Below are positions 34,052 through 43,429 of a DNA stretch of 64,000 nucleotides, piece after piece. Both the position numbers and the translations under genes were made by a program. The stretch comes from Faecousia sp. (GTDB lineage: Bacteria; Bacillota; Clostridia; Oscillospirales; Oscillospiraceae), in assembly GCA_045594585.1 (NCBI GenBank), contig JAZNYV010000186.1:77335-141334 (forward strand), given 5' to 3'. Position 1 is the first letter of the stretch; each line of letters begins with the position of its first letter. Under the pieces are notes generated by a model. The model had not been told where the DNA came from and did not search any database. It saw only the letters and a program-made list of their open reading frames with translations.

Positions 34052-34213
34052 AGAAAATACCTCCTGCTGCCGTTCCTCCCGGGAGGATACAGCGCAAATT
34101 TTGATTTTTCCCTACTCCCATTATACACATTTTTCTCCCTTTGGCAAGAATAAATTCTTTACAGGGTCCTAAAATTGCTGTATAATGACATCAATACTAA
34201 AGGGGGGATCCAA

Positions 34214-35416
34214 ATGCTGAAGAACAAAACCATCCTTTTGGGCGTTACAGGCGGAATTGCCGCCTACAAGGCCGCCGCCCTGGCCTCTGCACTTGTAAAG
34301 CTCCATGCTAACGTCGAAGTCATTATGACAGAAAATGCAACCCAATTCATCACCCCTCTGACCTTCGAACAGCTTACAGGCAGGCGGGTCATGGTGGATA
34401 CCTTCGACCGCAATTTTCACCATCAGGTAGAGCATATCTCCTTGGCAGAGCGGACGGATCTGGTGATGATCGCTCCTGCCACAGCCAACGTCTGTGCCAA
34501 GCTGGCACACGGTCTTGCAGATGATATGCTGACCACTACTGTCCTTGCCTGCAGGTGCCCCAAGCTTATCGCCCCTGCCATGAATACCAATATGTACGAC
34601 AATCCCGTGACCCGGGATAACCTGGATACTCTGCGGCATTACGGGTGGGAGGTGATCGAGCCTGCATCGGGCCGTCTTGCCTGCGGAGCTGTAGGCAAGG
34701 GCAAGCTGCCGGAGCCCGAGACCTTGGTACAGCACATTCTGTATCACGTTGCTATGGTGCATGACTTGGAGGGCAAGGATATCCTGATCACCGCAGGACC
34801 TACCCGTGAGGCCTTGGACCCTGTGCGATATCTGACCAATCACTCCTCCGGGAAGATGGGCTACGCCCTGGCAAAGATGGCCGCCCTACGGGGTGCGAGG
34901 GTCACACTGATCAGCGGTCCCGTCACATTGGCCCCTCCTCACGGTGTAGACGTAGTCGCCGTATCCTCCGCCCGGGAGATGTTCCAAGCCGTATGTCAAA
35001 ATTACGAGCAAGCCCATATGATATTTATGTCCGCTGCCGTTGCAGATTACACCCCTGCCCAATACGCCGAACACAAGATGAAAAAGAAGGACCGCGACCT
35101 GTCTATCCCACTGTGCCGTACTACAGACATCCTTAAGTGGCTGGGAGAACACCGTCGTCCGGACCAGCTCCTGTGCGGTTTTTCCATGGAGACAGAGAAC
35201 CTGTTGGAAAACAGCCGAGCAAAGCTTGTAAAGAAGAATGCAGATATGATCTGCGCCAATAGTCTGACCGTGGCCGGTGCAGGCTTTGCTGTTGATACCA
35301 ACGTACTGACCATCATCACCGGGGATCAAGCTGTGGAGCTTCCTCTGCAAACCAAGGAATCTGCCGCCAATGAGATCCTTACCTTAGCTGCCGATATCTT
35401 ATCAACAAGCAAATAA
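34214..35416 (+). CDS. coaBC: Phosphopantothenoylcysteine decarboxylase/ligase
   Basis: GVTGGIAAYKA, APATAN, PAMNTNMY, LACG..GKG, TAGPTRE.LDPVRYLTNHSSGKMG, KKNADMICAN. Confidence 0.96.
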   Translation: MLKNKTILLGVTGGIAAYKAAALASALVKLHANVEVIMTENATQFITPLTFEQLTGRRVMVDTFDRNFHHQVEHISLAERTDLVMIAPATANVCAKLAHGLADDMLTTTVLACRCPKLIAPAMNTNMYDNPVTRDNLDTLRHYGWEVIEPASGRLACGAVGKGKLPEPETLVQHILYHVAMVHDLEGKDILITAGPTREALDPVRYLTNHSSGKMGYALAKMAALRGARVTLISGPVTLAPPHGVDVVAVSSAREMFQAVCQNYEQAHMIFMSAAVADYTPAQYAEHKMKKKDRDLSIPLCRTTDILKWLGEHRRPDQLLCGFSMETENLLENSRAKLVKKNADMICANSLTVAGAGFAVDTNVLTIITGDQAVELPLQTKESAANEILTLAADILSTSK

Positions 35417-35435
35417 GACCAAATGCATAGATCAT

Positions 35436-35464
35436 GGGGCTGTCTCACAATGTGAGACAGCCCC
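35436..35464. terminator. Perfect 13-bp palindrome, bidirectional terminator coaBC / ftsK
   Basis: GGGGCTGTCTCAC-AAT-GTGAGACAGCCCC. Confidence 0.75.
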
Positions 35465-35483
35465 GGTGTATATACACTTGTGG

Positions 35484-38258
35484 TCAAAGGATCTCATCCG
35501 GGACGGGATCGGAGGAGGAGCCGCCGTTCTTCATGAGCTCCCATTGCTCACGGGTGATCAGAAGCTGACGGGGCTTGGCACCCTCAAAGGGACCTACGAT
35601 GCCCTTTTCTTCCATCTCGTCCACAATTCTGGCTGCTCGGGCATAGCCTAACTTTAATCTCCGCTGGAGCATGGATACAGAGGCCTGCCCCGTTTCAAGA
35701 ATGACCTCTACTGCAGCAGGAAGCATTTCATCGGAGCCGTCAGTGGGAGGAGGCGGTGCCGTCTCTCCATGGCCGGACTTATTACCCTGCTCGGCCCGTT
35801 TCTCGATCTGCTCCATGACCTCGTGGGAGTAGTCACTGGCAGAATTGGCTTTGATGGCCTGAACTACCCGTGAAACCTCATCGTCGGTAATAAAGCAGCC
35901 CTGGACTCTCTGAGGCTTGCCCTGCCCGTGAGGAGCGAAGAGCATATCGCCCTTGCCCACCAGCTTCTCTGCACCCGGCATATCCAGGATAATACGGGAT
36001 TCCATGGCAGAGGATACAGAGAACGCAATACGGGAAGGAATATTAGCCTTCATGGTGCCGGTAATGACATCTGCAGAGGGTCTCTGTGTTGCGATGACAA
36101 GATGGATACCTGAGGCTCTGCCCATCTGTGCAATACGGCAGATAGACTCTTCTACCTCCTTGGCGGCAACCAGCATCAGGTCAGCCAGCTCATCGATCAC
36201 GACTACGACCTGAGGAAGCTTTTCTCTGTCGGGATCGTTAGCGACAGCCTTGTTATAGGATTCCAGATCACGGACCCCCTCATCACTCATGAGGGTATAA
36301 CGCCGGAGCATTTCCGTAACTGTCCATTGCAGAGCACCGGCGGCCTTCTTGGGATCCGTCACAACAGGGATCAGCAGATGGGGGATCCCGTTATAGATCC
36401 CCAGCTCTACCATCTTGGGATCGACCATGATCATCTTGACCTCGTCGGGTCTTGCCTTATACAGGAGCGAAATGATCAGAGTATTCATACACACAGACTT
36501 ACCGGAGCCTGTGGTGCCCGCAATGAGCATATGGGGCATCTTGGCAATATCCCCGATGATACAGGTGCCGCTGATATCCTTGCCTACGGCAAAGGAGACC
36601 CTTGACTTCTTATCCGTGAATACAGAAGAGCCGATGACCTCCCGTGCATAGACCGTATTGACCACCTTGTTGGGAACCTCAATGCCCACCACGGAGATCT
36701 TATCGGGAATAGCGGAAATACGGACCCCCTGTGCTCCCAATGCCAGTGCAATATCCTCAGAGAGATTGGTAATCTTGGACAGCTTAACGCCGGATTCCAG
36801 CTCCAGCTCATACCGTGTAACAGAAGGTCCGCGGATCACATCCACAATATGAGGCGTTACACCGAAGCTCTGGAGCGCATCTGCCAGTCGCTTGGAATTA
36901 TCACGCATCTCTGCCGTTGCATCCATAGAGGAACGGGAGGCACGGTTCAGCAGTTCGATAGAGGGATACACGTATTCCTGGGTGGGAGCAGTCTGTTCTG
37001 CAATATCCAGGGCGATCTCCTCGGCAATGGCTTGGGTCGCCGCCTTGATGAGCTTGTCCTTCTCTTTCCCTTTTTCCTTCTCCGTCTCTTTTTCGGGAAC
37101 ATAGCTGGGATCCTCCGGGATCCGCTTGTCCTGATATTCAGGGATCAGGGGTTCCTCCACAGCTTCCTCTACAGGGGTATCGTCCTCCCTTTCGGGAATC
37201 GGATCATCAAAGATAAAGGCGTGCCTCCGCTCCTTACGAGGCTCTTCTGCGGTCATATCACCGCTGTGGCTGTAGGATTTTTGTTCTTCTCGGAGAGCTT
37301 CGGCAGTTTCCCTCTTCTGCTCTTCTCTTTGAGCCATTTTCTCAGAGGGAGACAGTTCGGGCTCATAGTCGGATTCTGTGGTGGAGGTCTCTTCTCTCTC
37401 CTTCTTTCCCAAGGGAGGCTCGTCTACAGGCACATCGAAAATTTGGGGCAGTTTTCTCCGACGCTCTCGCTCCTGCCGCTCCTGTCGCTCTTGCTTCTCC
37501 TGATGCACCTCGGTGATCCTGGCAACCAAGCGTTCAGAGGCATCCTCCCGCTCCTTCTGTACAGGTTCGGGACGCCGCTTGTGCCATGCGGCAATGACAC
37601 CGGGAACCGTAACATCGCGAGTGGCAAAGAGGAACAGGATAGCTGCAACCAGCAATACAACAATGGCGCCGAAGCGTGTAATGGCTCTGGTCAAGCCCTC
37701 CGCCAGCAGTCCCGGGATCACTCCGCAGCTTTTAAACTCCTGTCCATTCTTCCACAGGTTCACAATGTTGAGGGTATTTCCCATATTACCGACGGAATCC
37801 GCAATGCAGTGGAATAAGCCACAGGAGAATATCATGCAGAAGAATCCGCACCATGTACGCATCCTTACAGGATAGCCGAAATTGGTAAGGAGAATGATCC
37901 CGTTATATACCAATACCAAGGGCAGCATGATCTTGCCGGGAATGCCGAACAGACCTGCAAGGATCTTGGACAGAGGCCCCAGGAGAAATGCTTCCGTATT
38001 AAACCAGCAAAGCACAAATACAAAGGCAAGGATAAAGAATGCAACTGCCAGGATCTCTCGCTTATTCTGCTGCTCCACCTGTCTCTGCCGCTCAAAGGCG
38101 GCCTGCTTTGCCTTGGCAGAAGACCCTGTGTTAGGAGAGGGTCTCTTTACGTTTTTCTTCTCCCCTGCCTTAGGCTGAGAGGCCCCGGTAGGCTTTTTGT
38201 GGGAAGCACCGGCAGAAGAGGCTTTCTTTGCTTTAGATTCATTGGGTTTGTTGGCCAT
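35484..38258 (-). CDS. ftsK: DNA translocase FtsK/SpoIIIE
   Basis: N-terminal TM region, GPSVTRYE, PHMLIAGTTGSGKS, DELADLM, ATQRPS, gamma domain SVSMLQRRLKLGYARAARI. Confidence 0.95.
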   Translation of the reverse strand: MANKPNESKAKKASSAGASHKKPTGASQPKAGEKKNVKRPSPNTGSSAKAKQAAFERQRQVEQQNKREILAVAFFILAFVFVLCWFNTEAFLLGPLSKILAGLFGIPGKIMLPLVLVYNGIILLTNFGYPVRMRTWCGFFCMIFSCGLFHCIADSVGNMGNTLNIVNLWKNGQEFKSCGVIPGLLAEGLTRAITRFGAIVVLLVAAILFLFATRDVTVPGVIAAWHKRRPEPVQKEREDASERLVARITEVHQEKQERQERQERERRRKLPQIFDVPVDEPPLGKKEREETSTTESDYEPELSPSEKMAQREEQKRETAEALREEQKSYSHSGDMTAEEPRKERRHAFIFDDPIPEREDDTPVEEAVEEPLIPEYQDKRIPEDPSYVPEKETEKEKGKEKDKLIKAATQAIAEEIALDIAEQTAPTQEYVYPSIELLNRASRSSMDATAEMRDNSKRLADALQSFGVTPHIVDVIRGPSVTRYELELESGVKLSKITNLSEDIALALGAQGVRISAIPDKISVVGIEVPNKVVNTVYAREVIGSSVFTDKKSRVSFAVGKDISGTCIIGDIAKMPHMLIAGTTGSGKSVCMNTLIISLLYKARPDEVKMIMVDPKMVELGIYNGIPHLLIPVVTDPKKAAGALQWTVTEMLRRYTLMSDEGVRDLESYNKAVANDPDREKLPQVVVVIDELADLMLVAAKEVEESICRIAQMGRASGIHLVIATQRPSADVITGTMKANIPSRIAFSVSSAMESRIILDMPGAEKLVGKGDMLFAPHGQGKPQRVQGCFITDDEVSRVVQAIKANSASDYSHEVMEQIEKRAEQGNKSGHGETAPPPPTDGSDEMLPAAVEVILETGQASVSMLQRRLKLGYARAARIVDEMEEKGIVGPFEGAKPRQLLITREQWELMKNGGSSSDPVPDEIL

Positions 38259-38288
38259 AAATACCTCCGATCTTCTAACGTAATAAGG

Positions 38289-39134
38289 TCATCCGTTGAT
38301 GATCGCAATGATAAATGCGATCGCCGCCGCATCGAAGCAATAGTACACAAACATCTTGAGCTTATCCTTCATGATCACGTTCCTAAAATACAGCAGAGCA
38401 AAGAATGCCGTCACCGCAGACACAGCTGCTGCGATCAGGAAGGACAGGACCGTTCCCATGGACAGGGAGCCCAGGAAGATCCCCCTAAACAGGAAGAATA
38501 CAACACTGATCCCCTGTATACACATGGTAAGCAAATAAGTAAAGCGGAAATTAAATCCGGGACTCATTCCTCTGATCCGTCCCACACATAGGGAGGTCCC
38601 TACAGAGGATAGACCGGGAAAAACAGAAACCATACGCAGAACACCTACCAACAGGCTGTCGTAGAGAGTCACGTCCTCTGCTTCCCGCTTCCCGACAGGT
38701 CCCCGGGTACAGATAAAGAGGAGGATCCCGTTTAGAGCAAAGAAAATTGTAATATGTATCAAGCTACCGTTGCTCTCAGCCTTGCCCATGAACAAGAAAG
38801 AAAGCAGCATGGGGATCAAGGCGAAAAATGCCAACAGGAGCAATCGCAGATGGGAGCCACGGTCCTCGTTATGGGATCTCCTTCTGCGACGATCGCGACT
38901 ACGCATCTTGCGGAGGAGGACCTTGGACTCCTTGGTCTCGTCATGGAAAACCATATACAATGCCAGAACGATGCCCAAACAAATTCCTGCACGGATGTAG
39001 GGCCCCTCCCCTGTTGTCAGGGAGGTCATATGGAATACATTCTGCAGGATCGCACTATGGGCGGGAAAAGAAACAGGGATCAACTCGGTAATACCCCCTA
39101 CAAGGGCATAAACGATCGCTTCCCATATTTTCAC
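38289..39134 (-). CDS. UppP/BacA-like membrane protein with degenerate catalytic motifs
   Basis: GITELIPVSFPAH and FPGLSSVGTS correspond to BacA EGLTEFLPVSSTGH and PG.SRSG.T; FVYYC near C-terminus; located between tepA and ftsK. Confidence 0.7.
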   Translation of the reverse strand: MKIWEAIVYALVGGITELIPVSFPAHSAILQNVFHMTSLTTGEGPYIRAGICLGIVLALYMVFHDETKESKVLLRKMRSRDRRRRRSHNEDRGSHLRLLLLAFFALIPMLLSFLFMGKAESNGSLIHITIFFALNGILLFICTRGPVGKREAEDVTLYDSLLVGVLRMVSVFPGLSSVGTSLCVGRIRGMSPGFNFRFTYLLTMCIQGISVVFFLFRGIFLGSLSMGTVLSFLIAAAVSAVTAFFALLYFRNVIMKDKLKMFVYYCFDAAAIAFIIAIING

Positions 39135-39287
39135 TGCTTAACACCTTCTTATCTGTCTGATACTATTTTACAATAAAACATATGCACTTTTTAATTGAAC
39201 CGAGTTTCCCGAATAGGTCTGTAGCTTAACAGCCACAGACCTCTCCAGGGTTGTAGATGCTATTATAACATAAAACTTTCAATATTT

Positions 39288-39977
39288 CTATCCCTTTTCC
39301 ACATTTCTTTCTTTTCTTTTACGAATCATGGAGTGGAGCTCATTCAGTGCCTCATGGAGGCTTCCCAAACGGTCGATCAAGCCGCTCTCTACCGCTTCCC
39401 TGCCGTACACGATGGTTCCCACGTCCGTAGCAATTTGTCCCGTTGCCATCATATATTCCATAAATTGCTCCTCAGAGATCTTGGAGTTGGTAGTGACAAA
39501 GTCCGTAATCTGCTCCTGAATCCTCTGGAAATAATGATAGGTAGCAGGTGCTCCAACCACCACACCGCTCATCCGAACGGGATGGATCATCATGCTGGCA
39601 GTAGGTGCGATCATACTCAGCTTGGCCGATACTGCAAGGGGTATCCCTATAGAATGTCCTCCTCCGAGGACCAGGGATACAGTGGGCTTATCCATCCCTG
39701 CAATCAGCTCGGATATGGCCAAGCCTGCCTCTATATCGCCTCCGACCGTATTGAGCAGCAGCAGGAGACCGTCCACCTCCTCACTTTCCTCGATCATAGC
39801 AAGCAGAGGTAGGACATGCTCATATTTCGTGGTCTTTACAGACTCAGGTGCTACTTGATGTCCTTCGATCTGTCCGATAATGGTCAAGATATAGATATTA
39901 CCCCCGGGAGTCTTGGTAAAGCCTGCTCCCAGCTCCTCGATCCTGTTGTCCTTTTCACTGCGTGTTGTATCCTCCAT
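39288..39977 (-). CDS. tepA: ClpP-like translocation-enhancing protein TepA
   Basis: IIGQIEGH...TTKYEHVLPLLA, LNTVGGDIEAGLAISE, GGGHSIG, MIHPVR, TDVGT; start after GGGAGG. Confidence 0.88.
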   Translation of the reverse strand: MEDTTRSEKDNRIEELGAGFTKTPGGNIYILTIIGQIEGHQVAPESVKTTKYEHVLPLLAMIEESEEVDGLLLLLNTVGGDIEAGLAISELIAGMDKPTVSLVLGGGHSIGIPLAVSAKLSMIAPTASMMIHPVRMSGVVVGAPATYHYFQRIQEQITDFVTTNSKISEEQFMEYMMATGQIATDVGTIVYGREAVESGLIDRLGSLHEALNELHSMIRKRKERNVEKG

Positions 39978-40117
39978 AGGACCCCTCCCATTTCTTGATT
40001 GCATAGTTATTTCCGAAAACGAAGCACATCATACGCAGAAAATAAAAATCCCTATTGGCAATTTATGAAAAATATGATATAATCCCACTGAAATCATCGT
40101 GAAAGGAGATATGTATC

Positions 40118-40369
40118 ATGGGATTTGAATATAAAACACAGGGCGTATGTGCCTCCAAGATCGAATTCGAGCTCGAAGGCGATATCGTCAAGAACATTCG
40201 CTTCATCGGCGGCTGTAACGGTAACACCCAGGGTGTTGCACAGCTTGCAAACGGTCGCAAGGTAGACGAGGTCATCTCTCTCCTGAGCGGCATCCGCTGT
40301 GGCTTCAAGGCAACCTCCTGCCCCGATCAGTTGGCTCGTGCCCTGACCGAAGCAAAGGCTAAGAACTGA
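40118..40369 (+). CDS. TIGR03905-type TSCPD domain protein
   Basis: YKTQGVCA..I, F.GGCNGN.QG...L..G, GIRCG.K.TSCPDQLA. Confidence 0.88.
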   Translation: MGFEYKTQGVCASKIEFELEGDIVKNIRFIGGCNGNTQGVAQLANGRKVDEVISLLSGIRCGFKATSCPDQLARALTEAKAKN

Positions 40370-40378
40370 CCTGCATTC

Positions 40379-40414
40379 AAAATGGTGCTGTCTCAATCGA
40401 GACAGCACCATTTT
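40379..40414. terminator. Perfect 16-bp palindrome, bidirectional terminator
   Basis: AAAATGGTGCTGTCTC-AATC-GAGACAGCACCATTTT. Confidence 0.8.
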
Positions 40415-40476
40415 TATCTCATGCTGATTTATACTGAGTTTCTACAGAAGCCGGCTCCTACTCAAATAACTGATGA

Positions 40477-42276
40477 TTAAGCCAGGAACTCACAGACCAG
40501 AGCAGAGTATGCCATGGGATCCTCAATGGTAAGACCTGCGATCAGAAGCCCCTGGCAATAGAGGAGCTCTGCTAACTTCTCTCCCCGCTGTGCATCCTCA
40601 TCTGCATACTTTCGCAGAGCGATCACCGCAGGATGGTCGGGGTTCAGCTGGAGGATCCGACCGCAACGGAAGGCGTGCTCAGGATCCATAGCCTTAAAAT
40701 ACTTTTCCATCTCGAAGCTCATACCGCCTTCGGGGATCATTGAGACTGCATGGTCTCCCAATTCTCTACGGATCTGCACATCTGCGACCTTGTCTCCCAA
40801 GGCTTCCTTGATAAAGTCTACACAGGACTTCCAGTCCTCCGTAGTTTCTTCTGCCTTCTTCTTTTCATCCTCGGTCTCCAGCTCCAGATCGTCTGTAAGG
40901 ATGTTGCGGAATTCGTGCTCATCATAGGTGTGGAGGGTCTGGGGAATAAACTCATCTACCTGCTCCGCCAGGCACAGCACATCGAAGCCCCGTTCCAGCA
41001 TGGACTTGGTCTGGGGCAGGTTGGACCCATTCTCGCCGCTGACATAGTAGATATGTTTCTGAGAGGCAGGCATCTTCTCTGTATACTCCTTGAGGGTGAT
41101 GAGCTTGCCTTCCTTCTCGGAGCGGAGCTGGATCAGATCCTGCAGCAGCTCCTTCTTGGCACCGAAGGCGGAAACCAGTCCGAACTTTAGCTGACGGCCA
41201 AAGGCTGCATAAAAGCGATCGTACTTCTCCCGATCGGAGATCAGCATCTTCTGCAGCTCACCCTTGATCTTCTTCTCCAGGTTAGAAGCAATGGTCTTAA
41301 GCTCACGGGTATGCTGCAGCATTTCGCGGCTGATATTCAAGCTCAGGTCCAGGGTATCCACAACACCCTTTACGAAGCGGAAATGCTCCGGCAGAAGGTC
41401 CTCGCAGCTTTCCATGATCATAACGCCGGAAGAATAGAGCTTCAGCCCGGACTTGTAGTCCTTGGTATAGAAGTCGTAGGGTGTCTTAGCGGGAATATAC
41501 AACAGGGCCTTGTAGGTCACCGCACCCTCTACACCGTAATGCATGGTATGAAGAGGTGCCTCAAAATCCATGAACTGCTCTTTGTAGAAGGTTTCGTACT
41601 CCTCCTCTTGGATCTCGCTCTTGTTCTTCTGCCACAGGGGCAGACGGGAATTCAGAGTCTCCTCCCCCAGCATAATGGGATAGCGGATAAAATCAGAGTA
41701 CTTGCGGACCAGGTTCTTAAGGGTGTACTCCTCCAGATACTCGTCCATGTCCTCCTTCAGCGTTAGGGTAATGGTCGTGCCGGCAGTCTCCTTCTCACAG
41801 GGAGTGATGGTATAGCCGTCAGCTCCTGCAGACTCCCAACGGTAGGCCTCGTCCTGTCCGTAACGCTTGGATATGACACTGACCTTCTGTGCCACCATAA
41901 AGGCGGAGTAGAAGCCTACACCGAATTGGCCGATGATATCAATATCCTCCTGCTTCTCCATTTCGGTCTTAAAACGGAGACTACCGCTATGTGCAATGGT
42001 ACCCAGGTTCTCCTCCATCTCGGTCTTATCCATACCGATGCCGTTGTCTCTGATCACAAGAGTACGGTTTTCCTTATCCGCTTCCAGCTCGATGCGGAAA
42101 TCGCTGCGGTTAAGTCCCACCGCCTGATCTGTAAGAGCCAGGTACGCCAGCTTGTCTATGGCATCGGAGCCATTGGAGATCAGCTCACGGAGGAAGATCT
42201 CACGGTTGGTATAAATAGAGTTGATCATCAGATCCAGCAGCCGCTTGGACTCTGCCTTAAACTGTTTCTTAGCCAT
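40477..42276 (-). CDS. htpG: Molecular chaperone HtpG (Hsp90)
   Basis: FLRELISN.SDAIDK, DNGIGM, LGTIAHSG, IGQFGVGFYSAF, LNISREMLQ. Confidence 0.97.
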   Translation of the reverse strand: MAKKQFKAESKRLLDLMINSIYTNREIFLRELISNGSDAIDKLAYLALTDQAVGLNRSDFRIELEADKENRTLVIRDNGIGMDKTEMEENLGTIAHSGSLRFKTEMEKQEDIDIIGQFGVGFYSAFMVAQKVSVISKRYGQDEAYRWESAGADGYTITPCEKETAGTTITLTLKEDMDEYLEEYTLKNLVRKYSDFIRYPIMLGEETLNSRLPLWQKNKSEIQEEEYETFYKEQFMDFEAPLHTMHYGVEGAVTYKALLYIPAKTPYDFYTKDYKSGLKLYSSGVMIMESCEDLLPEHFRFVKGVVDTLDLSLNISREMLQHTRELKTIASNLEKKIKGELQKMLISDREKYDRFYAAFGRQLKFGLVSAFGAKKELLQDLIQLRSEKEGKLITLKEYTEKMPASQKHIYYVSGENGSNLPQTKSMLERGFDVLCLAEQVDEFIPQTLHTYDEHEFRNILTDDLELETEDEKKKAEETTEDWKSCVDFIKEALGDKVADVQIRRELGDHAVSMIPEGGMSFEMEKYFKAMDPEHAFRCGRILQLNPDHPAVIALRKYADEDAQRGEKLAELLYCQGLLIAGLTIEDPMAYSALVCEFLA

Positions 42277-42309
42277 TAGGGTATTCTCCTTTGAGATATA
42301 ATAGTCTGT

Positions 42310-42336
42310 TTAGCACTCTTTCTGATCAAGTGCTAA
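42310..42336. promoter_or_regulatory. CIRCE element (HrcA operator) upstream of htpG
   Basis: TTAGCACTC-N9-AAGTGCTAA, one mismatch to consensus, between promoter (TTGCAT-16 nt-TATAAT, 42342-42369) and start. Confidence 0.88.
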
Positions 42337-42456
42337 AACATATTATAGCAGGTATTTATAAAAATGCAAGCCCTCAATCAATATTTTAACATTTCTTTCA
42401 TAATTTAACTCCCCAACAAGAGACTCACATAAGAGTCCCCTGTTGAGGAGCTTGTA

Positions 42457-42876
42457 TTATCTATGGATGATATTACGGAGGATGCCAAACAGGACAAAGC
42501 CTATAGCCCACGCAATTGCAGTACGGGGCTTTAGAATCCATCCGCAGACCCCGGCAAACAAATGCTTTTCCGTAAACACGGAAACATGAAACAGGATCAG
42601 TGTCACACAGGCAAGAACAGCCGAAAGGAAAAAGTAGGCATTCATCCCGAGGGCGCCGACCACGTTTCCCCGGAACAACAGGATCACGCTTCTTGTTCCT
42701 CCGCAAGCAGGACACAAATATCCAAGCTGCTGTACATAGCAATCTGTGGGTAGCTTAAGCAGCAGCTCTGCCAAAAGCGGAGCCAAGAGGACACCCACCA
42801 TTATAGCTCCATCAAAAAGCAGGAGCACCCTCTTGGAAGCAGAGGAATATATGGGGCTCCCTGTTCCTTTATGCAT
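42457..42876 (-). CDS. DUF2752 family membrane protein
   Basis: C......G..CPACGGTRS...L..G....A..MN; C-terminal FGILRNI. Confidence 0.8.
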   Translation of the reverse strand: MHKGTGSPIYSSASKRVLLLFDGAIMVGVLLAPLLAELLLKLPTDCYVQQLGYLCPACGGTRSVILLFRGNVVGALGMNAYFFLSAVLACVTLILFHVSVFTEKHLFAGVCGWILKPRTAIAWAIGFVLFGILRNIIHR

Positions 42877-42890
42877 ATTAAGCTAAACTC

Positions 42891-43358
42891 TTAATAAGGC
42901 AGGAATTCAAAGCCTTCCCCCAGCTCTGTAGCTATGAAGCCAAAGGCTGCAACGATCAGGCCGATAGAGACGATCATACCGATAACAGCACATACGATAC
43001 CGGCAACGCCCATACCGCTTTTATGCCCGGCGGCCTTTGCCTTGGATATAGAGATGGCACCGGTAATAATGGCTGCAATACCGGTAGGGACAGAGACATA
43101 GACCATGCAGAAGAACACCAGAGAAACGATACCCAGGATCAGGGATGCAATGCCTGCTCCCTTGCCCGGAACCACCCCGGAAACAACAGGCTGAGACTCA
43201 TAGGGACTCTGACCGTAGGTCTGCTGAGAGTTGTAGGGCTGATAGCCGGTGGAGGTGCTCTCCTGATTGGGTGTAGTTCCCGTATTAATGGGAGTGCCGC
43301 AGGAAGAGCAGGACTTTGCCTCTTCGGGATTGTAGTTGCCGCAATTGGTGCAATACAT
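42891..43358 (-). CDS. Zinc-ribbon / DUF4190 membrane protein
   Basis: MYCTNCG.......CSSCG; Q/P/Y-rich linker; IASLILGIVS...G.A.AGIVC..IG. Confidence 0.8.
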   Translation of the reverse strand: MYCTNCGNYNPEEAKSCSSCGTPINTGTTPNQESTSTGYQPYNSQQTYGQSPYESQPVVSGVVPGKGAGIASLILGIVSLVFFCMVYVSVPTGIAAIITGAISISKAKAAGHKSGMGVAGIVCAVIGMIVSIGLIVAAFGFIATELGEGFEFLPY

Positions 43359-43390
43359 AAGATCAACTCCTTTTCTAATTTTGCAATTAT

Positions 43391-43419
43391 ACTATAACAT
43401 AGGACTAAGTGTGTGTCAA
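43391..43419 (-). promoter_or_regulatory. sigma-A promoter of the DUF4190-DUF2752 pair
   Basis: TTGACA-17 nt-TATAGT with TG extension. Confidence 0.7.
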
Positions 43420-43429
43420 GCAATCTTTC

